A stretch of 53,458 nucleotides of DNA from NCBI GenBank assembly GCA_002315235.1, contig DCGK01000095.1:1-53458 (forward strand), read 5' to 3'. This document shows positions 29,659 through 39,269 of this stretch, in pieces (within the stretch, counting starts at the first letter, position 1; each line of letters opens with the position of its first letter). The DNA is from Ruminococcus sp. UBA1780. GTDB taxonomy: Bacteria > Bacillota > Clostridia > Oscillospirales > Ruminococcaceae. The notes under the pieces are model-generated. The model did no database searches, was not told where the DNA came from, and worked only from the letters and a program-made list of their open reading frames with translations. Made by a program: the position numbers and the translations under genes.

Positions 29659-29763
29659 AAAGCAGAACCTCAGTTCTCACCGGTTGGTTAAGTATCGAAC
29701 CGGTAAATACTTTAAAGAATTTTTAAGTATGAGTACTGACGTGTGTCTGTACTCATTTTTTTT
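29659..29763 (+). ncRNA. Ribosomal protein L20 leader (attenuator)
   Basis: AAGCAGAA..GTTCTCACC 5' motif and terminator TGAGTAC..GTACTCA-T run upstream of infC-rpmI-rplT. Confidence 0.75.
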
Positions 29764-29792
29764 AACTTTATATGGTCTTGGAGGTGCTGACG

Positions 29793-30311
29793 ATTAGCAA
29801 CAAGGAACTGCAGATAAACGAAGAGATTCGTGACAAGGAACTTCGTGTCATAGGAAATGACGGCGAACAGCTTGGAATTCTCTCAGCAGCAGAAGCGCTG
29901 GAGATTGCTTTTGAAAGAAATCTTGATCTGGTTAAGATTGCTCCTCAGGCTACACCGCCTGTATGCAAGATAATGGATTACGGCAAGTACTGTTTTGAAC
30001 AGGCTAAGCGTGAAAAGGAAGCCAGAAAGAACCAGAAGGTTGTTGAAATAAAGGAAATCAGAATGTTTTCAAACATCGATACAAACGACTTCAACACTAA
30101 GGTAAATCAGGCTTGTAAATTCTTAAAATCAGGTGATAAGGTAAAGGCTTCGGTCAGATTCCGTAAGAGAGCTATTGCTCATCCGGAACTCGGCGGAGAG
30201 TTACTTGAGCGTTTCAAGGAAGCTTGTCTGGAGGTTGGCGTTGTTGAAAAGCCGGCGAAAATGGAAGGACGTAGCCTTGTTATGTTCATTTCACCAAAGA
30301 CAAATAAGTAA
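29793..30311 (+). CDS. infC: Translation initiation factor IF-3 (ATT start)
   Basis: GGAGGTG RBS then ATT at 29793; [26 protein letters not shown]. Confidence 0.95.
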   Translation: MSNKELQINEEIRDKELRVIGNDGEQLGILSAAEALEIAFERNLDLVKIAPQATPPVCKIMDYGKYCFEQAKREKEARKNQKVVEIKEIRMFSNIDTNDFNTKVNQACKFLKSGDKVKASVRFRKRAIAHPELGGELLERFKEACLEVGVVEKPAKMEGRSLVMFISPKTNK

Positions 30312-30328
30312 TTAAGGAGGATATAAAA

Positions 30329-30532
30329 ATGGCTAAGGTAAAGGTTAAAACACATTCAGGCGCTAAGAAGCGTTTTAAGGCTACTGGTACAGGCAAGTTC
30401 AAGTATCAGAAGACAAACAGAAGACACAGATTAACTCAGAAGGAAACAAAGAGAAAGAGAATTAATCGTGCTTCAGGTGTTGCTGACTCAACAAACATGG
30501 GCGCACTCAAGCAGCTTATGCCATACGCATAA
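30329..30532 (+). CDS. rpmI: 50S ribosomal protein L35
   Basis: [17 protein letters not shown]. Confidence 0.97.
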   Translation: MAKVKVKTHSGAKKRFKATGTGKFKYQKTNRRHRLTQKETKRKRINRASGVADSTNMGALKQLMPYA

Positions 30533-30590
30533 TCAGATCTTTTTTGAATAAAACAGTTAACATTAGATTTAAATATCGGAGGTATAAATT

Positions 30591-30944
30591 ATGGCACGTA
30601 TTAAGGGTGCAATGATGACTCGTAAGAGAAGAAATAAGACTCTCAAGCTTGCTAAGGGCTACTGGGGCGCTAAGAGCAAACACTTCAAGATGGCTAAACA
30701 GGCTGTAATGAAGTCAGGCAACTATGCATACGTTGGACGTAAGCAGAAGAAGCGTAACTTCAGACAGCTCTGGATCACAAGAATCAGCGCAGCTGCTAAG
30801 ATGAACGGCATGAACTACTCAACATTCATGAACGGTCTTAACAAGGCTGGTATCACATTAAACAGAAAGATGCTCTCAGAAATCGCTATCAACGATCCTG
30901 CAGGCTTCACAGCAATTGTTGAAAAGGCAAAGGCTGCTCTTTAA
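30591..30944 (+). CDS. rplT: 50S ribosomal protein L20
   Basis: [33 protein letters not shown]. Confidence 0.98.
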   Translation: MARIKGAMMTRKRRNKTLKLAKGYWGAKSKHFKMAKQAVMKSGNYAYVGRKQKKRNFRQLWITRISAAAKMNGMNYSTFMNGLNKAGITLNRKMLSEIAINDPAGFTAIVEKAKAAL

Positions 30945-30952
30945 TTCGATTT

Positions 30953-30988
30953 AAACACGCTCATTATTTTAATATTGAGCGTGTTTTC
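30953..30988 (+). terminator. Intrinsic terminator after rplT
   Basis: AAACACGCTCA / TGAGCGTGTTTT. Confidence 0.75.
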
Positions 30989-31053
30989 TATATTATTGTA
31001 AACGTAAAAATCTTTTGCGTTAACTTGATAAACAACAGGAAAGTGGTGTTTTT

Positions 31054-31842
31054 TTGACTGTCATTACTTCTAAGGACAATCCTTCACTTAAACTGTATGT
31101 GAAGCTTTCTGCATCGAAAAAGGAGCGAAAGAATTCAGGAATGTATGTTCTTGAAGGCTTCAGGCTTATTGAGGATGCGGTTCATGAAAACTCCTCTGTA
31201 AAACAGATTTTCTTTACTGAGGATGCATATGAAAAGTATTACGCAGAGTTATCCCAGGTTGATTTGAAAGAAGTAAAAATACTAATTATTTCAAATGAGC
31301 TTGGAATAAAAATTTCATGTACGGAAAAACCGCAGGGTGTGTTTGCAATATGCAGTATGCCTCCTGCAAAATCTCTTGCGCAGAATATTAAAAAAGACGG
31401 TAAATACGTTGTTTTACACCAGCTTCAGGATCCCGGTAATCTCGGTATGATTATCAGAACTGCAGATGCTGTCGGTATTGACGGTATAATTCTTTCTGAA
31501 AGCTGTGAACTCTGGAGTCCAAAGGTTATAAGATCCACTATGGGTTCAGTATTCCGTATGAACATTTATGAGAGCAACGGACTTGATGATCTGTTTTCAT
31601 GTTTTGAGGAGAACGGAATCAGAAGCTATGCCGCTGTAATTGACAGGGATGCTGAGGATCTCAGAAACTGTTCATTTGACGGCGGATGTGCCGTATTTAT
31701 CGGAAATGAAGGAAACGGGCTTCCTGCAGATGTATCATCACGATGCACTGTAAAGGCCACTATAAAAATGTCCGGACATATAAACTCCCTTAATGCCGCA
31801 ATGGCTACGGGTATATTTATGTGGGAGATGTCAGGCAGATAA
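31054..31842 (+). CDS. TrmH/SpoU family RNA methyltransferase
   Basis: QDPGNLGMIIRTADA, IGNEGNGL, SLNAAMA SPOUT motifs. Confidence 0.92.
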   Translation: MTVITSKDNPSLKLYVKLSASKKERKNSGMYVLEGFRLIEDAVHENSSVKQIFFTEDAYEKYYAELSQVDLKEVKILIISNELGIKISCTEKPQGVFAICSMPPAKSLAQNIKKDGKYVVLHQLQDPGNLGMIIRTADAVGIDGIILSESCELWSPKVIRSTMGSVFRMNIYESNGLDDLFSCFEENGIRSYAAVIDRDAEDLRNCSFDGGCAVFIGNEGNGLPADVSSRCTVKATIKMSGHINSLNAAMATGIFMWEMSGR

Positions 31843-31875
31843 AATTCATACTTTCCGGAAAAGTATGAGGAAGAT

Positions 31876-33084
31876 ATGAAAGAAAAACTGTACTGGGTTG
31901 TTCTGGCCGGAATATTTGGTCCGGCAAACCCGAATCTGTGGAAGCTTATGAATACCTGTGAAAGTCCGTCCGAAGGATACCGCAGGATTTCAGAGGGAAG
32001 GTTTCCGCTTACTGCAGCTGAAAAGGCTGCGTATACATTATGGACTCCGTCAAAGGCATCGGAAACCGCAGCGGAGTGCGAAAAGAAAAAAATACAGATA
32101 GTAACGTTCAGTGATGAATGCTATCCTTCAAAACTTAAGACGATTTTTAATCCGCCGGCAGTGCTTTACACCATCGGAAATACTGACTGTCTGAACGATG
32201 AACTCACAATCGGAATTGTCGGAACAAGAAATCCGTCGTCATACGGATACAAAGCGGCATTCAGAATTTCCGAGGAGCTTGCAAAGGTCGGATTTACAAC
32301 CGTAAGCGGTTTTGCTGCCGGTATTGATTCTGCAGCTCACAGAGGTACACTCAGGGCCGGCGGAAGAACAGTTGCTGTGCTTGGATGCGGACTTGATAAT
32401 GATTATCCGAAGGTTAACAGCGATATTCGCGGGGCTGTTTCTGAAAACGGTGTTCTTGTTTCGGAGTTCCCTCCGGGGACTCTTCCTCTGGGAAGAAACT
32501 TTCCTTTAAGGAACAGAATTATTTCCGGTTTGTCACTCGGGGTATTCGTTGCTGAAGCTCCGATGAAGAGCGGAGCGCTGATAACAGCTGATACAGCTAT
32601 TGAACAGGGCAGAGACGTTTTCTGTCTTCCGCCTCAGGATATTTTCAGCAAAAGCTGTCACGGTGTTGTAAGGTATCTCAGGGACGGTGCTGTTCCGGTT
32701 TTCAGCCATCTTGATATTATTTACGAATACATGACGGCTTTTTCACACAGGCTCACGCCTCTTAAACCTTCGGATGACTATAATGCCGGACGTACTGACA
32801 GCTTGGTTTTCAGCGAAAGCACCGGCGAGGCTCCGGTGAAGAAAAAAACGCGTCAGAAAAAGAATTCTGAGATACAGGAGAGTCCGGGCACGCTGCCTGA
32901 TTTCAACTTCACTGAAAACCAGAAAAAAATAGCGGAAGCACTTGTTTGCGGCCCTCTTCATCTTGATGAAATCAGTGAAGCAGCGGAAACCGGCATGCAG
33001 GATCTTCTCATGGAAATAACCGATATGGAGATTTCAGGCATGGTTGTTTCCCTTCCGGGAAAAATTTACAGACTTAATCAGTAA
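31876..33084 (+). CDS. dprA: DNA-processing protein DprA
   Basis: IVGTR, SGFAAGIDSAAH, FPLRNRIISGLS, KSGALITA, C-terminal wHTH. Confidence 0.95.
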   Translation: MKEKLYWVVLAGIFGPANPNLWKLMNTCESPSEGYRRISEGRFPLTAAEKAAYTLWTPSKASETAAECEKKKIQIVTFSDECYPSKLKTIFNPPAVLYTIGNTDCLNDELTIGIVGTRNPSSYGYKAAFRISEELAKVGFTTVSGFAAGIDSAAHRGTLRAGGRTVAVLGCGLDNDYPKVNSDIRGAVSENGVLVSEFPPGTLPLGRNFPLRNRIISGLSLGVFVAEAPMKSGALITADTAIEQGRDVFCLPPQDIFSKSCHGVVRYLRDGAVPVFSHLDIIYEYMTAFSHRLTPLKPSDDYNAGRTDSLVFSESTGEAPVKKKTRQKKNSEIQESPGTLPDFNFTENQKKIAEALVCGPLHLDEISEAAETGMQDLLMEITDMEISGMVVSLPGKIYRLNQ

Positions 33085-33092
33085 AAAATTCT

Positions 33093-33121
33093 TTGACAAA
33101 TCGGAACAAATCATATATACT
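33093..33121 (+). promoter_or_regulatory. SigA promoter of topA
   Basis: TTGACA-17bp-TATACT. Confidence 0.8.
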
Positions 33122-33165
33122 ATATTATTATAAATTATACTTAAATATAAATAAAGGAGAAAGAA

Positions 33166-35244
33166 ATGTCAGATCTTGTTATAGTAGAGTCTCCTGCCAA
33201 GGCAAAAACAATTCAGAAATATCTTGGACCGGGATATGAAGTTATCGCTTCAATGGGGCATATAAGAGATCTTCCGAAGTCAAAAATCGGTGTTGATCTT
33301 GAAAATGATTTTGAACCTGTTTACACTGATATGAAGGGTAAAGAGGATGTTATAAAAGAATTAAAGAAACACGCAAAAAAATGCGATAAAATTTATCTCG
33401 CAACTGACCCGGACCGTGAGGGTGAAGCTATATCATGGCATATAGCACAGATGCTTGATCTCGATCTTGATGCAGACAACAGAGTTGCATTTAACGAAAT
33501 CACAAAGTTCGGTGTTCAGAGCGGTATGAGTAATCCGCACAAGATTGATATAGATCTTGTAAATGCGCAGCAGGCAAGAAGAATTCTTGACCGTATTCTT
33601 GGCTACAAGCTCAGTCCTTTCCTCTGGAGAAAGGTAAAGAGAGGCCTTTCTGCCGGACGTGTACAGTCTGTTGCAGTAAGTCTTGTTGTAGACAGGGAAA
33701 ATGAAATCAGAAAGTTTGTTACTCAGGAATACTGGAGCATCGACGGAAAGTTTACTGCACCTTCAAGCAGAAAGGTATTTTCTGCAAAGCTCGCTTCAAT
33801 TGACACAAAGAAGGCTGAGCTTAAGAATGAAGATGAAACAAACAGCATTCTTGCTTCACTTGAAAACGAAGAATTCAGAGTTACAAAGGTAAAGAAGAGA
33901 GTTACAAAGAGACAGCCTGCTCCTCCGTATATCACATCAACACTTCAGCAGGAAGCCTCACGCCGTATGGGATTTCAGGCGAGAAGAACAATGAAGGCCG
34001 CCCAGGAGCTCTATGAAGGTATCGAGATTGATGAACTCGGACTCGTTGGTCTTATCACATATATGAGAACGGACTCGCTCCGTGTTTCCGATGAGGCAAA
34101 GCAGGCAGCTGCTGAATATATCAAAAACAGGTACGGTGAGGATTATCTTCCTTCATCACCTCGTGAATACAAGTCCAAGAAGAACGCACAGGATGCTCAT
34201 GAAGCTATCAGACCTTCAATGCCTGAGCTTGATCCTGAACGTGTAAAGAACAGCCTTACTACTGATCAGTACAAGGTTTACAAGCTTATCTGGGAACGTT
34301 TTATTGCAAGTCAGATGGCAAATGCGCTTCTTGATACTGTGTCAGCAGAAATCAATGCCGGTAACTGCACATTCACAGCATCAGGCTATTCAGTAAAATT
34401 CAAGGGATTTTCAGTGCTTCATGTCGAATCAAAGGATACTTCTGACGAAGAGGAAAACAAGGAGCTTCCTCCTCTTGAAGAAGGTGATGTGCTTAAGGTT
34501 AAGTCACTTCTCGGCAATCAGCATTTTACCCAGCCTCCTTCAAGATACACGGAAGCAACTCTTATCAAGACACTTGAGGAAAACGGTATCGGCCGTCCAA
34601 GTACATATGCACCTACCATTACAACAATCACATCACGTATGTACGTTGAACGTGACGGCAAGCAGCTCAAGCCTACTGTACTCGGTGAAGTAACAACTGA
34701 GCTTATGAAGGAGCACTTTGCAAACATTGTTAACGCAAAATTCACAGCCGGTATGGAAACCAACCTTGATGACGTTGAAAAGGGCGACAAGGACTGGAAG
34801 AGCACACTCAAGGAATTCTATGAGGACTTTGATGCAACTCTTGCAAAGGCGGAAGTTGCTATGGAAGGCAAAAGAGTAAAGATTCCAAGTGAGGAAACAG
34901 ACGTTGTCTGTGATCAGTGCGGAAAGAACATGGTAATCAAAATCGGACGTTTCGGTAAGTTCCTTGCATGTCCGGGATTTCCTGAATGTACAAACACAAA
35001 GAAGATTGTTCAGGCTACAAAGGGCGTTTGTCCTCTCTGCGGAAATACAGTTATTGCACAGAAGTCAAAGAAGGGCAGAAACTTCTTCGGATGTGAAAAG
35101 TATCCTGAATGTACATTTATGACATGGAATACACCAATCGAGGACAAATGTCCGAAGTGTTCATCAACACTGTTCAAGAAGGGCGGCAAGGCAGGCAGGA
35201 TTCTCTGCGAGAAGCCTGAGTGCGGCTACGAAAGAGGACTCTGA
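33166..35244 (+). CDS. topA: DNA topoisomerase I
   Basis: VIVESPAKAKTI, DPDREGEAI, SAGRVQS, ITYMRTDS, zinc ribbons. Confidence 0.98.
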   Translation: MSDLVIVESPAKAKTIQKYLGPGYEVIASMGHIRDLPKSKIGVDLENDFEPVYTDMKGKEDVIKELKKHAKKCDKIYLATDPDREGEAISWHIAQMLDLDLDADNRVAFNEITKFGVQSGMSNPHKIDIDLVNAQQARRILDRILGYKLSPFLWRKVKRGLSAGRVQSVAVSLVVDRENEIRKFVTQEYWSIDGKFTAPSSRKVFSAKLASIDTKKAELKNEDETNSILASLENEEFRVTKVKKRVTKRQPAPPYITSTLQQEASRRMGFQARRTMKAAQELYEGIEIDELGLVGLITYMRTDSLRVSDEAKQAAAEYIKNRYGEDYLPSSPREYKSKKNAQDAHEAIRPSMPELDPERVKNSLTTDQYKVYKLIWERFIASQMANALLDTVSAEINAGNCTFTASGYSVKFKGFSVLHVESKDTSDEEENKELPPLEEGDVLKVKSLLGNQHFTQPPSRYTEATLIKTLEENGIGRPSTYAPTITTITSRMYVERDGKQLKPTVLGEVTTELMKEHFANIVNAKFTAGMETNLDDVEKGDKDWKSTLKEFYEDFDATLAKAEVAMEGKRVKIPSEETDVVCDQCGKNMVIKIGRFGKFLACPGFPECTNTKKIVQATKGVCPLCGNTVIAQKSKKGRNFFGCEKYPECTFMTWNTPIEDKCPKCSSTLFKKGGKAGRILCEKPECGYERGL

Positions 35245-35247
35245 TAA

Positions 35248-36555
35248 ATGACTGTAAAAGTAATTGGTGCAGGTCTTGCCGGCTGTGAGGCAGCATGGCA
35301 GCTTGCGAATGCAGGCATAGAGGTTGAACTTTATGAGATGAAGCCGAAGAAATATTCTCCTGCTCACCACTATGAAGGAATGGCTGAGCTTGTATGCTCA
35401 AATTCACTCAAGGCTGCGAGAGTTGATTCGGCCTGTGGTCTTCTCAAGGAGGAAATGCGAAGACTCGGTTCACTTATTGTTCCGTGCGCTGAGGAAACTT
35501 CCGTTGAGGCAGGCGGAGCTCTTGCTGTTGACCGTACAAAGTTTTCAGACCTTGTAACTGAGAAAATAAAAAATCATCCCCTCATAAGGGTTATATCAGA
35601 AGAAGTAAAGGAAATTCCGGAAGGAAATGTAATTGTTGCCACAGGTCCTCTTACCTCAGGTGACCTGGCAGCTTCAGTAGCTGAAAAATGCGGAAACTAT
35701 CTCAGCTTTTTTGATGCAGCGGCTCCTATAGTTACATTTGACAGTCTTGATACGGATGTGGTTTTCTTTGCCTCAAGATATGACAAGGGTGATGCTGACT
35801 ATATAAACTGCCCTATGGACAGGGAAGAATACGAAATATTCTACAATGAACTGATAAATGCCGAGTCAGCGCCTCTTAAGGAGTTTGACAGGGAATCATT
35901 CAAGGTTTATGAAGGCTGCATGCCGGTTGAAGTTCTCGCAAAGCGCGGTCCTGATACGATGCGTTACGGTCCTCTGAAGCCGGTGGGACTTACTGACAGG
36001 CGTACCGGAAAGAGACCGTATGCTGTGGTTCAGCTCAGAAAGGAAAACAGAGAGGGTACAATGTACAATCTCGTAGGCTTCCAGACAAACCTGAAATTCG
36101 GCGAGCAGAAGAGAGTATTTTCTCTTATCCCGGGACTTAAGGATGCAGAATTTGTAAGATACGGTGTTATGCACCGCAATTCATTTATAAACAGTCCGGT
36201 TCTTCTTAAGCCTACATTCGAAATGAAAAACTGTCCCGGCCTTTATTTTGCCGGACAGATTACAGGTGTTGAAGGATATGTTGAATCAGCAGCCAGCGGC
36301 ATAATGGCAGGGCTTAACATGGCAAGAAAGCTTCAGGGAAAATCCGAAGCTGTTCTTCCGTGTGAAACAATGACCGGAGCGCTGTCACTGTACATCAGCG
36401 ACGCATATAACGACGGACATTTCCAGCCTATGGGTTCAAATATGGGCATACTGCCTGAGCTTCCTGAGCGTGTTAAGGACAAAAAGAAGAAGTATCAGAT
36501 GTATGCTGACCGTGCACTTGAAAAATTTGACGATTATATGAATAAAATATCATAG
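35248..36555 (+). CDS. trmFO: FAD/folate-dependent tRNA m5U54 methyltransferase
   Basis: GAGLAGCEAA, ELVCSNS, VGFQTNLK, YGVMHRN, GQITGVEGY. Confidence 0.96.
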   Translation: MTVKVIGAGLAGCEAAWQLANAGIEVELYEMKPKKYSPAHHYEGMAELVCSNSLKAARVDSACGLLKEEMRRLGSLIVPCAEETSVEAGGALAVDRTKFSDLVTEKIKNHPLIRVISEEVKEIPEGNVIVATGPLTSGDLAASVAEKCGNYLSFFDAAAPIVTFDSLDTDVVFFASRYDKGDADYINCPMDREEYEIFYNELINAESAPLKEFDRESFKVYEGCMPVEVLAKRGPDTMRYGPLKPVGLTDRRTGKRPYAVVQLRKENREGTMYNLVGFQTNLKFGEQKRVFSLIPGLKDAEFVRYGVMHRNSFINSPVLLKPTFEMKNCPGLYFAGQITGVEGYVESAASGIMAGLNMARKLQGKSEAVLPCETMTGALSLYISDAYNDGHFQPMGSNMGILPELPERVKDKKKKYQMYADRALEKFDDYMNKIS

Positions 36556-36603
36556 TAAAAAATCAGATTTATTCTGAATTTCACTGTGATTCGGGAGTTT
36601 AAT

Positions 36604-37608
36604 ATGATAAATGTTATAGTTGATGCATTCGGCGGCGACAACGCACCTGATGCGGTAATCGAAGGAAGTATTATGGCAGTTCAGAGCCTCGGGGTAAAGG
36701 TTACTCTTGTAGGTAATGAAGCACTCATTAATTCTGCAGCTGAAAAGCACAATCTCAGCCTTAATGGAATAGATGTTGTAAATGCGGAAACGGTAATAGA
36801 CATTCACGAAGAACCGACAGAGGTTATCAAGGGTAAGAAGGACTGTTCAATGGCAGTTGGACTTCAGCTTCTTCACGACGGTAAGGGAGATGCCTTTGTA
36901 AGTGCCGGAAGTACAGGCGCTCTTGTTGTCGGTGCGACATTCATAGCAAAGAGACTCAGGGGAGTAAAGAGAGCAGCTCTTGCTCCTATAATGCCGGGAA
37001 AAGACGGCTTCTTCATGATGCTTGACGGCGGTGCAAACACGGAATGCCGTCCGGAAGCCCTTGTGCAGTTCGCAATCATGGGCTCAGCCTACATGGAAAA
37101 GGTAATGAATATCAGCAATCCGAGAGTCGGACTTCTCAATATCGGTGCTGAGGATACAAAGGGACGTGACCTTGAAGTTGAAGCATACAAACTCCTTAAG
37201 GACAGTCCGGTAAATTTTGTCGGAAATATTGAGGCCCGTGATATGCCGTTCTCAAAATGCGACGTCCTTGTTGCAGACGGTTACACAGGAAATATTGCAC
37301 TTAAGCTTTACGAAGGTATGGGTATTTACTTTGCAAAGACACTTAAGGGCATGCTTACAAAGAATTTCAAAACAAAGCTTGCTGCCGGTCTTCTTATGGA
37401 CCAGGTAAATGAATTCAAAAAGTCCATGGACTATTCAGAAGTCGGCGGTGCAGTTCTCATGGGAATCTCGGCTCCTGTAATCAAGGCACACGGAAGCTCG
37501 GACGGCAAGGCATTTTTCAATGCAATCCGTCAGGCTAAGGAATGTGTTGAGACAGGAGTTACAGAGCGCATTTCATCATACCTCGAAATGCAGAAGGGAG
37601 GAGAGTAA
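36604..37608 (+). CDS. plsX: Phosphate acyltransferase
   Basis: VDAFGGDNAP, SAGSTGA, LLNIGAE..KG, DGYTGNIALK, KAHGSS. Confidence 0.95.
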   Translation: MINVIVDAFGGDNAPDAVIEGSIMAVQSLGVKVTLVGNEALINSAAEKHNLSLNGIDVVNAETVIDIHEEPTEVIKGKKDCSMAVGLQLLHDGKGDAFVSAGSTGALVVGATFIAKRLRGVKRAALAPIMPGKDGFFMMLDGGANTECRPEALVQFAIMGSAYMEKVMNISNPRVGLLNIGAEDTKGRDLEVEAYKLLKDSPVNFVGNIEARDMPFSKCDVLVADGYTGNIALKLYEGMGIYFAKTLKGMLTKNFKTKLAAGLLMDQVNEFKKSMDYSEVGGAVLMGISAPVIKAHGSSDGKAFFNAIRQAKECVETGVTERISSYLEMQKGGE

Positions 37609-37609
37609 T

Positions 37610-38296
37610 TTGACCGAACTTGAAGATAGTATAAGGTATTCGTTTAAAAACAAAAAGCTTCTGACAGAGGCACTCTCCCATTCATCATACGCAAATGAAA
37701 ACAAGAGAAGCAGAAGAAGCAACGAGCGTCTCGAATTTCTCGGTGACAGCGTGCTTTCAATAGTTGTTTCCCAGTATCTGTTTGAACATTTTTCACATCT
37801 TCCTGAGGGTGAGCTTACAAAGATAAGAGCCTCACTGGTATGTGAAAAGTCACTTCATGTATTTGCCAGACAGATAGATCTCGGAAAATATCTTCTCCTT
37901 GGAAAGGGCGAGGAAAACACAGGCGGACGAGAGAGAGCCTCGATTCTTGCCGATGCATTTGAAGCACTCATAGCCGCAGTTTTCCTTGACGGCGGTCTTG
38001 AAGCTGCAAGAACACATATTCTCAGATTTATTCCTGATGATCTTGATGCCCAGAAATACGCTGCTTTCAGCGACTACAAAACAATACTTCAGGAAGTTAT
38101 TCAGCAGAATCCCGAGGAAAAGGTTGAATATATCATTGCAAGCCAGAGCGGTCCTGACCACAACAAGGCGTTTACGGTAAATGTCTGCCTCAACACAAAC
38201 GTAATAGGCGTTGGTACAGGAAGAAGCAAGAAGGAAGCAGAACAGATGGCTGCAAAGGAAGCTCTTAAGCTTATGGGCTACAATGAAGCACAGTAA
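37610..38296 (+). CDS. rnc: Ribonuclease III
   Basis: NERLEFLGDSVL, ADAFEALI, dsRBD DYKTILQE..SKKEAEQ; TTG start after GGAGG. Confidence 0.96.
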   Translation: MTELEDSIRYSFKNKKLLTEALSHSSYANENKRSRRSNERLEFLGDSVLSIVVSQYLFEHFSHLPEGELTKIRASLVCEKSLHVFARQIDLGKYLLLGKGEENTGGRERASILADAFEALIAAVFLDGGLEAARTHILRFIPDDLDAQKYAAFSDYKTILQEVIQQNPEEKVEYIIASQSGPDHNKAFTVNVCLNTNVIGVGTGRSKKEAEQMAAKEALKLMGYNEAQ

Positions 38297-39269
38297 TATT
38301 TCGGTTTTTATTCCGCATACGGGATGTCCTCATATGTGCAGTTTCTGCAACCAGCACACGATAAGCGGCGCACAGCAGCCTCCTTCCGGAGAAGAAGTTA
38401 AAAAGACCTGTTCAGAGGCATTTGACTTTATAAAAAACAGGAAGAACTGCGAGATTGCATTTTTCGGCGGAAGCTTTACGGCGGTTCCTGAAAAATACAG
38501 AACGGAGCTTCTTGAAAGTGTTCAGGAATTTATCGGCGGTGACGGATTCAGCGGAATTCGTATTTCAACACGTCCTGACTGCATAGATGAAAACATCCTT
38601 GAGCAGCTTAAACGATATCATGTAACTGCGATAGAACTCGGTTGTCAGAGTATGGATGATGAGGTGCTTGCACTTAACGAAAGAGGACACAGCTCCGCTG
38701 ACGTGGCAAAGGCCTCAGAGCTTATCAGAGAATACGGATTTGAGCTTGGTCACCAGATGATGACAGGACTTTACGGTTCATCACCTGAGAAGGACAGCAT
38801 GACGGCTGACAGGATTATTTCACTGAAGCCTGATACGGTGCGCATCTATCCGGTGGTCATTCTTGAGGGAACAAGGCTTGCGGAGTACTACAAAAACGGT
38901 CAGTATTCTGTTTATTCACTTGACAGGATGGTTGATTACTGCAGCGAATACATGACACGTTTTGAAAACAGCGGAATCCGCGTTATAAAGTGCGGACTTC
39001 ATGCCTCGGAAACAGTTGAGGGAGAAATGCTGGGAGGTTACTATCATCCTGCCTTCAGGGAACTGTGCGAGAGCAGAAAATACAGAAACATGCTTGACGG
39101 TATGCTTAACGAAAAGGGACAGTACAGGGTTGAGGTCAGACCTGAGCTGGTAAGTAAGGTGACCGGGCAGAAGCGATCGAATATAAATTATTTCAGCCTG
39201 AAAGGAATAGACATTAAGGTTGTTTCTTCAGTGCAGAAGGAAGAAGTAAATGTATTTAAAATCACTTGA
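38283..39269 (+). CDS. Elp3-like radical SAM protein
   Basis: FIPHTGCPHMCSFCNQ, AFFGGSFT, ISTRPDCI, IELGCQS; lies between rnc and smc. Confidence 0.88.
   Translation: MKHSNISVFIPHTGCPHMCSFCNQHTISGAQQPPSGEEVKKTCSEAFDFIKNRKNCEIAFFGGSFTAVPEKYRTELLESVQEFIGGDGFSGIRISTRPDCIDENILEQLKRYHVTAIELGCQSMDDEVLALNERGHSSADVAKASELIREYGFELGHQMMTGLYGSSPEKDSMTADRIISLKPDTVRIYPVVILEGTRLAEYYKNGQYSVYSLDRMVDYCSEYMTRFENSGIRVIKCGLHASETVEGEMLGGYYHPAFRELCESRKYRNMLDGMLNEKGQYRVEVRPELVSKVTGQKRSNINYFSLKGIDIKVVSSVQKEEVNVFKIT

Noticed and set aside
31876-33084. dprA as evidence of a competence island
   Set aside because: dprA-topA-trmFO is a standard conserved arrangement
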